NCBI GenBank assembly: GCA_038727515.1
Contig: JAVYVS010000003.1
Location: forward strand, 96,001 to 160,000
Source of the DNA: Candidatus Methanomethylicia archaeon
GTDB taxonomy: Archaea > Thermoproteota > Methanomethylicia > Culexarchaeales > Culexarchaeaceae
Length of the DNA stretch: 64,000 nt
Direction of reading: 5' to 3'
The notes beneath the pieces were generated by a model. That model was not told the DNA's origin, made no database searches, and was given only the letters and a program-made list of their open reading frames with translations. The position numbers and the translations under genes were made by a program. Of the stretch, positions 20,420 through 30,960 are shown piece by piece (the stretch's first letter is position 1; the number at the start of each line of letters is the position of its first letter).

Positions 20420-21265
20420 TTAATCACCCCTCCTTAAAGTCTCTACATATTTATACACATATGAGGAAATCTCATATACATCATTTACGCTAAGATCAAT
20501 CACTCTTATTTCTTGAAGAGAAATTCCACTTAAAATTTTATTCCACATGTCTTTAGGAATCTTAATAACTTCAAAGAACTTAGGTAAAACGTTTTTTAAC
20601 TTTCTATTCCTTTGAGTGAAGATAAATCGTGTTAATTCCAAGAAAAATTCATCCAATGGATTTAAAGGAGTGCTTCTATTCATTGAGATACGTATTAGGG
20701 ATACGTCCACTTTAGGTGGTGGATAAAAACATACTCTAGGTACTTTATCTATAAACTCTATAGAGAAAAAGAAGTTTGAAGTAACACTTAACCTGCCATA
20801 ATCTCTTGAGCCAGGTTTAGCTAACATTCTATCTACAAATTCTTTTTGTAATGTTAAAACAGCCTTATTGAAATGATATTCCTTTGCTATCTTAAAAAGT
20901 AAAGGTGATGATATATTAAATGGAACATTTGAAATTATCTTATCTACATTAATTGGGCCTAATTTCATAATATCAGCCTGTATAATCTCTACATTATTAA
21001 AATCTTTCAGTAAACTTCTAAGTACATTCACAAGTTTCCCATCTATCTCAACAGCTATAACTTTTCTAGCTTTTTCAGCTATTCTTTTAGTTAAAAATCC
21101 AAGTCCAGCTCCAATTTCAAGTACGATGTCGCTACTTTCAATGTTTGCACAATCTATTATCTTAAAAATTAAATTTGAACATACAACGAAATTTTGACTT
21201 AATCTCTTTTTCGGTTTAATATCATACTGCTTTAATAACTTTCTAACTTCACTCAACAGATCCAT
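20420..21265 (-). CDS. rsmA: 16S rRNA dimethyladenosine transferase KsgA/Dim1
   Basis: KKRLSQNF, LEIGAGLG, SNVPFNISS, YGRLSV, FYPPPKVD. Confidence 0.96.
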   Translation of the reverse strand: MDLLSEVRKLLKQYDIKPKKRLSQNFVVCSNLIFKIIDCANIESSDIVLEIGAGLGFLTKRIAEKARKVIAVEIDGKLVNVLRSLLKDFNNVEIIQADIMKLGPINVDKIISNVPFNISSPLLFKIAKEYHFNKAVLTLQKEFVDRMLAKPGSRDYGRLSVTSNFFFSIEFIDKVPRVCFYPPPKVDVSLIRISMNRSTPLNPLDEFFLELTRFIFTQRNRKLKNVLPKFFEVIKIPKDMWNKILSGISLQEIRVIDLSVNDVYEISSYVYKYVETLRRGD

Positions 21266-21270
21266 ATAAA

Positions 21271-21861
21271 CTAACCTTTAACAAACAGCTTATACTTGTC
21301 TTCCCCCATCAATTCAGATATTATCCGCTTAATTATTAATTTCTTTGGATCGGATATTTTAGTTCTTGCACGAATATCATCAAAGCTCTCAAATGGTTTA
21401 GATCTTCTTTCTTGAAGTATAACCCATAAATGTTTTTTGCCAATTCCGGGTAAGAGTTGTAGTGAATGCATCCTAGTTGTCAAGGCACCAGCACTATTAA
21501 AGAAATCAACAAACTTCTTTTCCTTTTGTGAAACTATAATTTCTAACACATTTGGTAATTCATCTTTAGCTGTAACAGTTAAATCATTGTAAGTTATCTT
21601 ACGTTTAATTCGTAAAATTTTGTCTCTTACACCTTTACCGATATAAACTAGTTCTCTCAGTGCTAAGTGTACATCAGGTCTTACAATAACTTCTAAAAGA
21701 ACAAAATAGTTGATTCCTATAACCTGAGCGAGAGGTTCGCTTTTAAATAATGTCTTCTCAGCAAGAGGATGCCCATATGGTAAAAAATCTAATACATATG
21801 CATAATCTTCATAAATTATGCTTTCAATTCTATCTTTTTTTATAGAAGCCATTAAAAACAC
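21271..21861 (-). CDS. DUF655 family RNA-binding protein
   Basis: YAYVLDFLPYG, RMHSLQLLPGIGKK; conserved position between rpoF and ksgA. Confidence 0.92.
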   Translation of the reverse strand: MFLMASIKKDRIESIIYEDYAYVLDFLPYGHPLAEKTLFKSEPLAQVIGINYFVLLEVIVRPDVHLALRELVYIGKGVRDKILRIKRKITYNDLTVTAKDELPNVLEIIVSQKEKKFVDFFNSAGALTTRMHSLQLLPGIGKKHLWVILQERRSKPFESFDDIRARTKISDPKKLIIKRIISELMGEDKYKLFVKG

Positions 21862-21886
21862 CTAAGATAAAATAATTGAATTGAAA

Positions 21887-22225
21887 CTAATAGAACCTTT
21901 TTATAACTTCTAACATTTCCTGTAATTCTGATGTTAAGAAGATGCGTCCTTCTGTTAGAAGTAAAATTCTTAATTCTTCTATACTTCTTGGGAGTATATT
22001 AACTATTTGAACAGCTGAGAAACGGGATATATTAAAATCTTTAGTTAATTTTTCTATTAAAGCTTCAGCACGTTGAGGATCAATCTTTGAAAATTTTGAT
22101 GAAACATCTAAAGTTAAATTTTGTAAAGCAGAAAGTTCACCACTTTCCTTTCTCTTCTGAAGAAAATCTCTAACAATTGTATAAGGTACTTCTATTTTTT
22201 CAATAATTTTCCTTGAAATAAACAC
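21887..22225 (-). CDS. rpoF: RNA polymerase subunit Rpo4 (RpoF)
   Basis: AVQIVNILPRSIEELRILL; conserved synteny. Confidence 0.9.
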   Translation of the reverse strand: MFISRKIIEKIEVPYTIVRDFLQKRKESGELSALQNLTLDVSSKFSKIDPQRAEALIEKLTKDFNISRFSAVQIVNILPRSIEELRILLLTEGRIFLTSELQEMLEVIKRFY

Positions 22226-22244
22226 ACCCCCTAAACATGAAATA

Positions 22245-22541
22245 TTATGTAATTAAAGGTTTTATGTGTTGTGGCCGAATTATGAGAGTTTTTTCTTTAT
22301 TCCCAAGATAAACTTTAATGATATATGCTCTACCTCTGCGACCCACTATTTCACCTATTTTACCATGATAACGTCTATGAGGCATCCCCTTGTGCATACT
22401 TGGATCAATATCTATGACGACTTTTTCTCCTTCCTTATATGGATAAATTACTCTACTTAATGGTGTAACTCCTCTTTCACGAATACCTTTACGTAATAGT
22501 TTTCGAGTTCTACTTCTATAACCAACGGAATGCTTTACCAA
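22245..22541 (-). CDS. rpl21e: 50S ribosomal protein L21e
   Basis: GYRSRTRKLL, KGMPHRRYHGK; TTG start at 22541 after GGTGA. Confidence 0.96.
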   Translation of the reverse strand: MVKHSVGYRSRTRKLLRKGIRERGVTPLSRVIYPYKEGEKVVIDIDPSMHKGMPHRRYHGKIGEIVGRRGRAYIIKVYLGNKEKTLIIRPQHIKPLIT

Positions 22542-22605
22542 TTCTTCTTCACCTAATAGCGCATTATTACAATAGTTTATATGTAGAGTGCCTAATAAAT
22601 ATTCG

Positions 22606-23949
22606 CTACAAATGTTCAGAAACAAAAATAACTGCTAGTTCTATACATCTAGCATTTGAATTTAATATTTGAGAAAAGTTCGGCAAAGTTCTACCATTGT
22701 CTCCGCTGATAAGCTCTTTAACGTAAAGGCCGCCTTGACATTCAATTATTGCTTTAAACGTCTTTTTATTTATGATCTCAGTTTTTAATGAATAAACCTT
22801 TTTAATCCTCAATTTATCAGCCCTTCTATGTAAAACACGCAATGGTGTATATTGCCTAATTTCTCTATTATAGAAGTACTCTTCTAAATTTTTAAGAAGT
22901 ACTTCATTTATTTCATTATCAACTTCAACAATGGCTTGATAAACTTTCTTTGCAAGTGAAGAAATATTTTTCAACATCCTTACCTCCCTTCTATTTGAGA
23001 ATTTAATTAATTTAACATCAATCTTCCCATCAGATAGTTCGTTGATCTTTTTCTCTAAAGCATTTAAATCAATAAACCTATACCTAGGATTTTTAATTTC
23101 AACTATAAAAGGGCGTCCATTTCCAAGCGTCAATGTATCTACATCCTCCCTCCCCGCTCCATGGAAAATTCCTTCTGAACCTTTTACTAATTCTAATGTT
23201 GGATTTATTATAAGCTCAGAAATGGAAGTATTGTAACGTTTCCCAGTAAAATTACACTTAGAACATCCTCTCCCAAAACAATTACTACAAAACCACGTTG
23301 TCTGGGGAATATCACGTACAAATTTTCTATATCTACCATAAATGAATATTGGTTTTGATTGAATGTCAACGCTATTGTTGACAATGTCTATTACTATTAC
23401 TATGTCTGGGTCGTTAAATGATACTTCTTTATTTAATGTATTCTGCAATTTTTTACCTAATAATCGGTTAACTTCTGATTTTAATGACTCACCAACATTT
23501 ATACAAAATTGAGATCTAATGGAATCTTCTCTCTCTAAAAAGATTGCAGGAATTTTTGTTCCGACGAGAAATGTCTTAAATTCATATTCATTTATTATTT
23601 TTAGAACTTCCTTGATGTAATCATCTAATTTGCTGAATATGCCTCCACATACATAACATTCATTTGGAGGTGGAAGATCGTACCCAAGATGAACCAATAT
23701 ATCCTTAGCAGGCTCAAAAAGGCCATTAACTGCTAAAACCTTTAAATTATCTATAGCTGTATTTACGGATTCTGATTCTTCATCTTTTAATATTGAATGA
23801 TATAACATCGTTAATACTAACTTTATTGAATACCCCCTCTCAAAGTTATTAATACCTTTACTTAATCTTGCAAATAATCTACCTAAACAATGATTACATA
23901 ATGGATATTTTCGAAGTATTTCCATTGAAAGTCCCAAAATGTCGATCAT
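22606..23949 (-). CDS. pus10: tRNA pseudouridine(54/55) synthase Pus10
   Basis: LCNHCLGR, FHGAGREDVD, GLYVKELISGD. Confidence 0.96.
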   Translation of the reverse strand: MIDILGLSMEILRKYPLCNHCLGRLFARLSKGINNFERGYSIKLVLTMLYHSILKDEESESVNTAIDNLKVLAVNGLFEPAKDILVHLGYDLPPPNECYVCGGIFSKLDDYIKEVLKIINEYEFKTFLVGTKIPAIFLEREDSIRSQFCINVGESLKSEVNRLLGKKLQNTLNKEVSFNDPDIVIVIDIVNNSVDIQSKPIFIYGRYRKFVRDIPQTTWFCSNCFGRGCSKCNFTGKRYNTSISELIINPTLELVKGSEGIFHGAGREDVDTLTLGNGRPFIVEIKNPRYRFIDLNALEKKINELSDGKIDVKLIKFSNRREVRMLKNISSLAKKVYQAIVEVDNEINEVLLKNLEEYFYNREIRQYTPLRVLHRRADKLRIKKVYSLKTEIINKKTFKAIIECQGGLYVKELISGDNGRTLPNFSQILNSNARCIELAVIFVSEHL

Positions 23950-24506
23950 AGCAATTCCCCTACCTGTTTATCTATATAATTATTTATCACCATTATAATA
24001 GGTCCAGGTAATTTATATTTTGAGTAAATCTTAACAGATTTTGCCCCACCTTCAATTAATAATTTTAAATAATTTGATTCAATATTTGGATAACAAATTA
24101 AAAACTTAAAGTTTTTGGGAAAAGAAATATTTTCAATTCTAATACCTTTATCTTCATAAAAAAAGAGGTTACCCAAACTACCAATGATACCAAGAAAATC
24201 TTTGTATCCACATACGATTCCAGGTAAAATTCTAAACACTTTGCTTGTTTTCTCACTTTTTGATAAAAATGATGAAGCTTTACGGAAAATTCCCATGATC
24301 GACTGCATATCAGGTCTTAGATTCTTCAGAGTACTAGAAGTAAAACTAATATATATAGAATTAGGGAAGTATAAGATTAATTTTGTGTCTAATCGAATTC
24401 CATGAGAAAGAAGAAGTGCTGAATAAACTGTTGAAGATAGTATGTATGGTATTTTATCCATCAAATATTTCAATTCTCTATTAAACTTTACTATAAAAGT
24501 TCTTAT
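23946..24506 (-). CDS. TrmY-like (m1-pseudouridine-54) SPOUT methyltransferase, divergent; probable ATA start
   Basis: SALLLSHGIRLD and LRPD motifs; next to pus10; frame extends upstream to (ATA)RTFIVK. Confidence 0.7.
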   Translation of the reverse strand: MRTFIVKFNRELKYLMDKIPYILSSTVYSALLLSHGIRLDTKLILYFPNSIYISFTSSTLKNLRPDMQSIMGIFRKASSFLSKSEKTSKVFRILPGIVCGYKDFLGIIGSLGNLFFYEDKGIRIENISFPKNFKFLICYPNIESNYLKLLIEGGAKSVKIYSKYKLPGPIIMVINNYIDKQVGELL

Positions 24507-24509
24507 AGT

Positions 24510-25847
24510 CTAAACCCCTATAACTCCCTTTAACTTACCAAATAATTTTGTTCGTCTCTTTAATGTTCTCATTAACTTTTTCATATTTTTATATTGATCT
24601 AAAAGCTCTTGAACATCGCGTATAGACGTTCCTGAACCAAAGGCTATTCTACGCATCCTAGATCTATCGATGATTTCAGGATTCTCTCTTTCTTCCTTTG
24701 TCATTGACTCTATTATGGCAGAATACTTCTTGATCTTCTCTTTAGAAACTTCTTGAAATTCTTCTGGAAGATTTATTGAAAAACCTGGAATCAACTGAAT
24801 TAATTTATGTAAAGGTCCCATACTTGATATAGCTTTCAATTGTGTTAATAAATCCTCCAATGTAAATTTTCCGGAGAGAAAACGTTGTGCATCTTCTTCT
24901 GATGGCGTATACTGTACAGCTTCGAATTTCTCAATTAGAGATTCTATATCACCAAATCCAAGTATTCTCCCAACGAATTTACGGGAATCAAATATTTCTA
25001 TTTCCTCCACTTTCTCACCAGTACCTATGAATTTTATTGGAGCTCCTGTAACTGCAACTGCAGATAAGGCACCACCACCTCTTGCAGATCCATCAAGTTT
25101 TGTTAAGAAGATGGATCCTATTTTCGTAGCTTCATGAAAAGCTTTAGCTTGAATAGCTGCTTGTTGTCCTATTGTAGCATCAATCACGAGCATTATTTCA
25201 TCTGGATTTACCTTTTCTGCTATTTCATGCATCTCATTTATTAATCCTTTTTCCTCTTTATGTCTACCTGCTGTATCAAGAATTATTATGTCAAAACCTT
25301 CTTTAATGAATTTATTAACACCATTAATAGCAATGCTAATAACATCTCTAGCAGTATCTTCCCCATATACTGGAACACCTATTTTTTCACCTAATTGTTT
25401 TAATTGTGCAAACGCTCCAGGACGGTAGTTATCAGCACAGACTAATCCAACCTTGAAATTCCTCTTTTTATAATATAATGCTAATTTTGCAGCCGAAGTT
25501 GTTTTCCCAGATCCCTGTATACCAACAAGCATAATAATATAAGGCTTTTTCGTAGGAAGCTTAAATTTTTCAGTCAAATTTCCACCGAGTAATTTGACCA
25601 ATTCATCATAAACAATTTTTAATAATAAATCTCTCTTTGAAAAACCTTGTGGAATTTTTTCCTCTTTTACTCTTTTTTCAATATTTTGTGATATTTGAAA
25701 AACTAGATTAACATTAACATCTGCTTGTAAAAGAGCTCTTTGAATATCTCTTATAAACTCCTTTAATGTTTTTTCATCAATTATAGGAGCTTTCGTTATC
25801 TTTCGTATAGCATCTCCCAAAGCTTTGCTCAGAGCTTCTAACACCAT
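24510..25847 (-). CDS. srp54: signal recognition particle protein Srp54
   Basis: GIQGSGKTT, DTAGRH, TKLDGSARGGGALS, M domain. Confidence 0.98.
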   Translation of the reverse strand: MVLEALSKALGDAIRKITKAPIIDEKTLKEFIRDIQRALLQADVNVNLVFQISQNIEKRVKEEKIPQGFSKRDLLLKIVYDELVKLLGGNLTEKFKLPTKKPYIIMLVGIQGSGKTTSAAKLALYYKKRNFKVGLVCADNYRPGAFAQLKQLGEKIGVPVYGEDTARDVISIAINGVNKFIKEGFDIIILDTAGRHKEEKGLINEMHEIAEKVNPDEIMLVIDATIGQQAAIQAKAFHEATKIGSIFLTKLDGSARGGGALSAVAVTGAPIKFIGTGEKVEEIEIFDSRKFVGRILGFGDIESLIEKFEAVQYTPSEEDAQRFLSGKFTLEDLLTQLKAISSMGPLHKLIQLIPGFSINLPEEFQEVSKEKIKKYSAIIESMTKEERENPEIIDRSRMRRIAFGSGTSIRDVQELLDQYKNMKKLMRTLKRRTKLFGKLKGVIGV

Positions 25848-25904
25848 ATTGTAACCTCATATATAAGTGTTTAAATATTCATAAATAAATGTATACTAAC
25901 TTAC

Positions 25905-26573
25905 TTGGAGAAAGTTATGATAGCATCTTTGTTTAGCGGTGGAAAGGATTCGATATTTTCAATATATTATGCTTTAAATCAAGGATTAGAAGTAAAATAT
26001 CTAATAACCGTAAAAGCAAAAGAAGATTCAATGTATTGGCATTACCAGAATATTGAATGGACAAAATTACAGGCAGAAGCTATGGGGATACCACTTGTAG
26101 AGATACCTAATGAAGACTCATTAAAAATAATACTAGAAAAAATGAAGAGGGAAAGAGAAATATTTGGATTGCTTTCAGGAGTAGTATATTCTGATTTCCA
26201 AAGAGATTACTTAATTAAAGTTTGTAAAGAAGTTGGATTAAAACTGATTACACCGCTTTGGATGAAAAATCCAATAAAACTATTGGAGAAAATTGTAGAA
26301 TGTAAAATTCACGCAATAATAGTTTTTGTGGCTGCAGAAGGATTAAATCAAGAATGGTTAGGGGTTGAAATAAATCGAGAAGTCATAAATAAGTTGATTG
26401 AAAAAAACAAAAAGTATGGAATAAGTATATGTGGGGAAGGGGGAGAATATGAGACTTTTGTGTATGATGCCCCGTTTTTCAATAAAAGAATAGAAATAAG
26501 GGAAATGGAAAAGATCTGGATGAAAGATCGAGGATTATTAAAAATTAAAAGTGCAGAATTAACTAGTAAATAA
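25905..26573 (+). CDS. diphthine--ammonia ligase / PP-loop ATPase (Dph6 family)
   Basis: FSGGKDS, CGEGGEYETFV. Confidence 0.88.
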   Translation: MEKVMIASLFSGGKDSIFSIYYALNQGLEVKYLITVKAKEDSMYWHYQNIEWTKLQAEAMGIPLVEIPNEDSLKIILEKMKREREIFGLLSGVVYSDFQRDYLIKVCKEVGLKLITPLWMKNPIKLLEKIVECKIHAIIVFVAAEGLNQEWLGVEINREVINKLIEKNKKYGISICGEGGEYETFVYDAPFFNKRIEIREMEKIWMKDRGLLKIKSAELTSK

Positions 26574-27863
26574 ATCTAAACAAGTTTGTTCGAATTCTTC
26601 ATAAACTTTCTGTTCATTAACTTTAGTTAAAACACCATTAAAAAGAACTATCTCCCCATCTATAATCACATGTGATATATTAATGGGAGAGATATCAGCA
26701 TAAACAAGATGGGATATAATATTCTCCTCAAATAGAGGGAAAACATTTGGGTTACGTGTATTTAAAATTACTATATCTGCCGGACCATTTTCAACGATTT
26801 TACCTATAGAATTAACATAATTTGTTGCTGCAGCACCATTTATAGTTCCAAAATTAAAAACGAGTGGAGCTGGTGCTATTGAAGGGTCAAGAGAATGATG
26901 TTTATGTATTAGTGCACAGAATTTCATTACATCAAACATATTTAAGGAATTATTACTTGCAGCACTATCAGTTCCTAAACTTATTATCACGTTGTTTTTT
27001 AAACATTCATCTAAAGGTAAAACGCCACCAACAGCCAATTTCATATTGGATATAGGGCAATGTGATATCTTTACCCCATTTTTCCCAAGTAAACGAATTT
27101 CATTTTTACTAAGCCATACGCAATGAACAGCAACAACATTAGGTGATAGAAAACCAATATCATCCAAATATTCAACTTCACGTTTACCATATTTCTCTTT
27201 GAACTCAGATTGTTCCTCCATAGTTTCAGCTATATGTATTTGTAGTAATCTTCCCTCTTTATCAGCAATATCTTTACACTTCATTAATAATTCATTGGAG
27301 CAAGTATATGGTGCATGGGGACCTATAGCCCCAATAATTTTAGGTTCATACTTTTTCACATCATTTAAAAAAGAGTTAATAAAATGAATCATATGATCCC
27401 TCATGGCAGAATCTCCAAAATCAAAAACCCCTATTGAAACTATGGCTTTTAACCCAACTTCTGCAGCTGCTTTCACACACATCATTGGATTAAGATACAT
27501 ATCCCAAAAAAGTGTAGTTCCACTTTTAATCATTTCAATGCAGGAAAGTAGAGAACCAATATAGTAATCTTTTTCTTTAAGTTTCTTCTCCATAGGCCAT
27601 ATCTTATCATTCAACCATGTTTTAAGCGGCAAATCATCAGCATAACCTCTAAATATTGACATTGCAGCATGGGTATGCGTATTTATTAACCCAGGAATAC
27701 AAATGTTTTCTCTACAATCTATTGTATACTCCGCTTCAACCCCTATCCTTTCGGATAATTCAACTACTCTGCCATCTTCAATAAACATGGAGGTATTTTT
27801 TAAAATTTTACCTTTATCCTGCGTAATAATAAATTTGCAGTTTTTTAATTTTATGCTGCCCAA
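26559..27863 (-). CDS. amidohydrolase, MTA/SAH deaminase-like
   Basis: NTHTH, GPHAPYTC, HIAET, SNMKL, LGTDSAASNN. Confidence 0.88.
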   Translation of the reverse strand: MGSIKLKNCKFIITQDKGKILKNTSMFIEDGRVVELSERIGVEAEYTIDCRENICIPGLINTHTHAAMSIFRGYADDLPLKTWLNDKIWPMEKKLKEKDYYIGSLLSCIEMIKSGTTLFWDMYLNPMMCVKAAAEVGLKAIVSIGVFDFGDSAMRDHMIHFINSFLNDVKKYEPKIIGAIGPHAPYTCSNELLMKCKDIADKEGRLLQIHIAETMEEQSEFKEKYGKREVEYLDDIGFLSPNVVAVHCVWLSKNEIRLLGKNGVKISHCPISNMKLAVGGVLPLDECLKNNVIISLGTDSAASNNSLNMFDVMKFCALIHKHHSLDPSIAPAPLVFNFGTINGAAATNYVNSIGKIVENGPADIVILNTRNPNVFPLFEENIISHLVYADISPINISHVIIDGEIVLFNGVLTKVNEQKVYEEFEQTCLDLFTS

Positions 27864-27887
27864 AATTTGGCACCCAATAATTTAAAT

Positions 27888-28289
27888 TTATTTTACCCGA
27901 ATAATCTTTTTCCTACCCATGATTTCCCAATATTCAACTTCAACTCCTGAAGTAAGTTTATCCTTCAATTCAGGTTCTTCAGGGGTGGGGACATCAAATA
28001 TTTCATAGCTTGACAAATCCATTAGTTGTATAGATGAAGAAGAGACAGAGATTACTTGTCCCACTTTTTTTTCAATTATAGGTACTTCAACTTGCGCATC
28101 GGCAGGACCAACATATGACCGTTTTTTACCATCGAAAATCCCTAAAGCGACTATTCTCACTTTGGCAGAACCATGTTTCCCAGCCTTTGATTTATCTATA
28201 CTAACTATCTTGCAAGGTTCATCATCAATAATAATAAACGACCCTACTTTTAGTGAACCTGCTTCTTCAGGCCTCTTCAAAACAGACAC
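27888..28289 (-). CDS. eif5a: translation factor aIF-5A
   Basis: Hypusine loop KAGKHGSAK. Confidence 0.97.
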   Translation of the reverse strand: MSVLKRPEEAGSLKVGSFIIIDDEPCKIVSIDKSKAGKHGSAKVRIVALGIFDGKKRSYVGPADAQVEVPIIEKKVGQVISVSSSSIQLMDLSSYEIFDVPTPEEPELKDKLTSGVEVEYWEIMGRKKIIRVK

Positions 28290-28367
28290 CTAACACATTA
28301 TTGAAATCTCTTCTTAAAAATATTTACATTTATATTTTAAGGTAAAATACTTATTAGGAAGAAACAT

Positions 28368-29249
28368 ATGAATGAACTTAAAAGGATACTAATAACTGCA
28401 AGGATAGATTCTGAAAGAGCAATAAATATATCCAGTAAAATATATGAAATGCTGTCTTTAATGGATTTTGAAACATTATTGGAAAGAGAATTAGCATGGA
28501 AATTGAATCTTAAAGGAGGAGTATCTATAAGAGACGTTGATGTAGATGCAGTCATAGTTGTCGGGGGAGATGGAACAATTTTAAAAGTTGCAAATGAAGT
28601 AAAAGAAAGAGGAATCCCAATATTATCCGTAAATGCAGGAACGGTAGGATTTCTCTCAGAATTGGATCCTGAAGAAATATATAAAATACCGGAGGTATTA
28701 AGTGGAAAATATACCATAAAGGAGTGTACAAGAGTAAAAGCAACCATAAAAAGCTTTTTCACTAAAAATCAAGTGATAAAAAATGCAGAAGAAATTTATC
28801 CAGTAAAGGACGCATTAAATGAAATAACCGTTATAACAAGTATACCATCGAAAGTAATAAATCTAGAGGTAAGAGTTGAGGATGAAGAATTATTTAGTGG
28901 TAGAGGTGACGGAATAATAATATCAACTACAACTGGAGCTACAGCATATTCGTTATCTGCAGGTGGACCAATAGTGGACCCTGCACTTGATGTTTTTATA
29001 ATTACAATGCTTTCACCATTGAGTCTAATCAATAGATCAATAATAGTACCTGTAAACTCCAAAATAGAGGTAAGAGTATGTGATGATGGTGTTGACGCCT
29101 ATATGTCTACAGATGGAAGAGACCATATATTTATACCGGCTGGAACAAACATATTGTTCGAGAAAAGTGAGTTTAAAACAAAGATTATATGTACAAAGGA
29201 GAAAGATTTTTATAAAAAGTTAAAAAGAAGGCTGAAAAGGGAGTTATGA
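28368..29249 (+). CDS. nadK: NAD(+) kinase
   Basis: GGDGTIL, GTVGFL, LNE, TTTGATAYSLSAGGP. Confidence 0.95.
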   Translation: MNELKRILITARIDSERAINISSKIYEMLSLMDFETLLERELAWKLNLKGGVSIRDVDVDAVIVVGGDGTILKVANEVKERGIPILSVNAGTVGFLSELDPEEIYKIPEVLSGKYTIKECTRVKATIKSFFTKNQVIKNAEEIYPVKDALNEITVITSIPSKVINLEVRVEDEELFSGRGDGIIISTTTGATAYSLSAGGPIVDPALDVFIITMLSPLSLINRSIIVPVNSKIEVRVCDDGVDAYMSTDGRDHIFIPAGTNILFEKSEFKTKIICTKEKDFYKKLKRRLKREL

Positions 29250-29250
29250 A

Positions 29251-29754
29251 ATGGAAAAAATTATAGTTTTAGATACATCAGCAATAATAAATGGATATAA
29301 TCCACTATTAATGATTGGAAATAGGCAAGTGATATCTATCGACGCATTAAATGAAATCATACAGGAAGATAAAAGAAAGATAGTTGAGGAAGCTTTAGAA
29401 ATAAAAAGATTAGAAAAAATAAATCCTGAAGAAAAGTTTATAATAAAGGCAGAGGAAATTGCAAAAGAAACTAATGACATAAAGTATCTCTCCAAAAGCG
29501 ACATTTCAACAATAGCATTAGCATTAGAATTAAAGGAAAAGGGGTTTGAACCGATAATAATAACTGATGATTTCTCAATCCAAAACGTGATAAAGTTTTT
29601 AGGATTAAAATATGCTCCAATGGCAACAAGAGGTATAAGGAAACTGATAAAGTGGAAGTTATATTGTCCTGCTTGCGGAAGGAAATATAATGGTGAAAAG
29701 TTAAATGAATGTTTAGTGTGTGGAGTAAAATTAAAACGAAAACCTATACTTTAA
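29251..29754 (+). CDS. nob1: Nob1 endoribonuclease (PIN + Zn ribbon)
   Basis: VLDTSA, LSKSD, TDDFSIQNV, CPAC/CLVC. Confidence 0.92.
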   Translation: MEKIIVLDTSAIINGYNPLLMIGNRQVISIDALNEIIQEDKRKIVEEALEIKRLEKINPEEKFIIKAEEIAKETNDIKYLSKSDISTIALALELKEKGFEPIIITDDFSIQNVIKFLGLKYAPMATRGIRKLIKWKLYCPACGRKYNGEKLNECLVCGVKLKRKPIL

Positions 29755-30931
29755 CAAATTTAGCTATAAAAAATCCAGGAGTATCATGTTCATCTGGGTA
29801 AAAACGTTGAAGTAAATTGTAGTTAGGCATAATCTCTAAACCCCGTGAACCGAGATATAAGATTTGAGTATCTAATTCTAATGGATAATTTTCTAAGGCG
29901 TATTTCACTATCAATTCATTTTCATCAGGAGTTATAGTGCATGTTGAATAAACAAGAACACCACCTTTCTTAAGAATTTCTGTAGCTGATTTAAAGAATT
30001 GCATTTGATACTTTGCACAAGCTAAGATATCCTTAACTGACTTACGTTCAAATAATTTAGGTCTAACACCCAAGGCAGAACATGGTGGATCCAATAAGAC
30101 TTTATCAGCTTTCAAATAAGGATAGTCTATGTGAAGATACCTAGAATCAGCAAACACAACATTTACATTTTTTACGCCTAATCTTTCAATATTCTCCTTT
30201 AATTTGTTTAATTTAGAGATAGAATTATCGAAAGCATATATTTTAGCATTATTGGAAGTTAGTTGTGCTATATGAGTCGTTTTTCCGCCAGGAGCTGCAC
30301 ACATATCAACTATAACTTCTCCTGGATTAGATTCCAATATTATGCTTGTTAGCATTGCAGGTATACTTTGTTCATATATTTTACCCTGATTATATTCATC
30401 TAAGTTTCTAATCGGAGCGCTATGATAAACAGATTCTAAAACTTTTACAGCGATGCCTTTTCTATTACTGAAAATCTCTTTTTCATCTTGCATGGCAATA
30501 CCATTTGCTATTAAGTATCCTCTTTCATCAGTTATAGTAACCAAATCTCCCTTCTTAACGTTTTCAGCAGATAAAACCCCTGGAGCATATAAATCTGCCC
30601 CTATATAAACACTTTCCGCGGCATTTTTATCGGCAATAACGATCTTACCTTTTTTGCAGATTTTAAATGGTCCTTTCAATTTAATTAGTAAAGCCTCATT
30701 TAACTTTGGGTGATATAATACATCTATTCCCTTTTTCTCTAGAGAATTATATACTTCATCAACATCCGCCTTTAATGTGTTTACACGAATAGAATAAAAT
30801 TTTGGTGGTAATGTTAAATAGGTAATTATAGATTTTAACTTTGTAAAATTGAAGAAATTACTTAAGTAGGAAAGTATATCTTTAGGAAAGCCGCTAGTCT
30901 CAGAAAGCTTATTTATATCTTCCTCAGACAT
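29744..30931 (-). CDS. RsmB/NOP2 family m5C RNA methyltransferase with PUA domain (NSun6-like)
   Basis: GADLYAPGV (PUA), DMCAAPGGKT, DPPCS, YSTCT. Confidence 0.92.
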   Translation of the reverse strand: MSEEDINKLSETSGFPKDILSYLSNFFNFTKLKSIITYLTLPPKFYSIRVNTLKADVDEVYNSLEKKGIDVLYHPKLNEALLIKLKGPFKICKKGKIVIADKNAAESVYIGADLYAPGVLSAENVKKGDLVTITDERGYLIANGIAMQDEKEIFSNRKGIAVKVLESVYHSAPIRNLDEYNQGKIYEQSIPAMLTSIILESNPGEVIVDMCAAPGGKTTHIAQLTSNNAKIYAFDNSISKLNKLKENIERLGVKNVNVVFADSRYLHIDYPYLKADKVLLDPPCSALGVRPKLFERKSVKDILACAKYQMQFFKSATEILKKGGVLVYSTCTITPDENELIVKYALENYPLELDTQILYLGSRGLEIMPNYNLLQRFYPDEHDTPGFFIAKFVKV

Positions 30932-30960
30932 TTTATCTCAATTATGAAATTGAGGAAGTA

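Noticed and set aside
19775-21265. KsgA-HemK2 read-through fusion (same frame, single stop between them)
   Set aside because: The stop is TAA, not a Sec/Pyl codon, and a strong RBS precedes the second gene; independent initiation is simpler.
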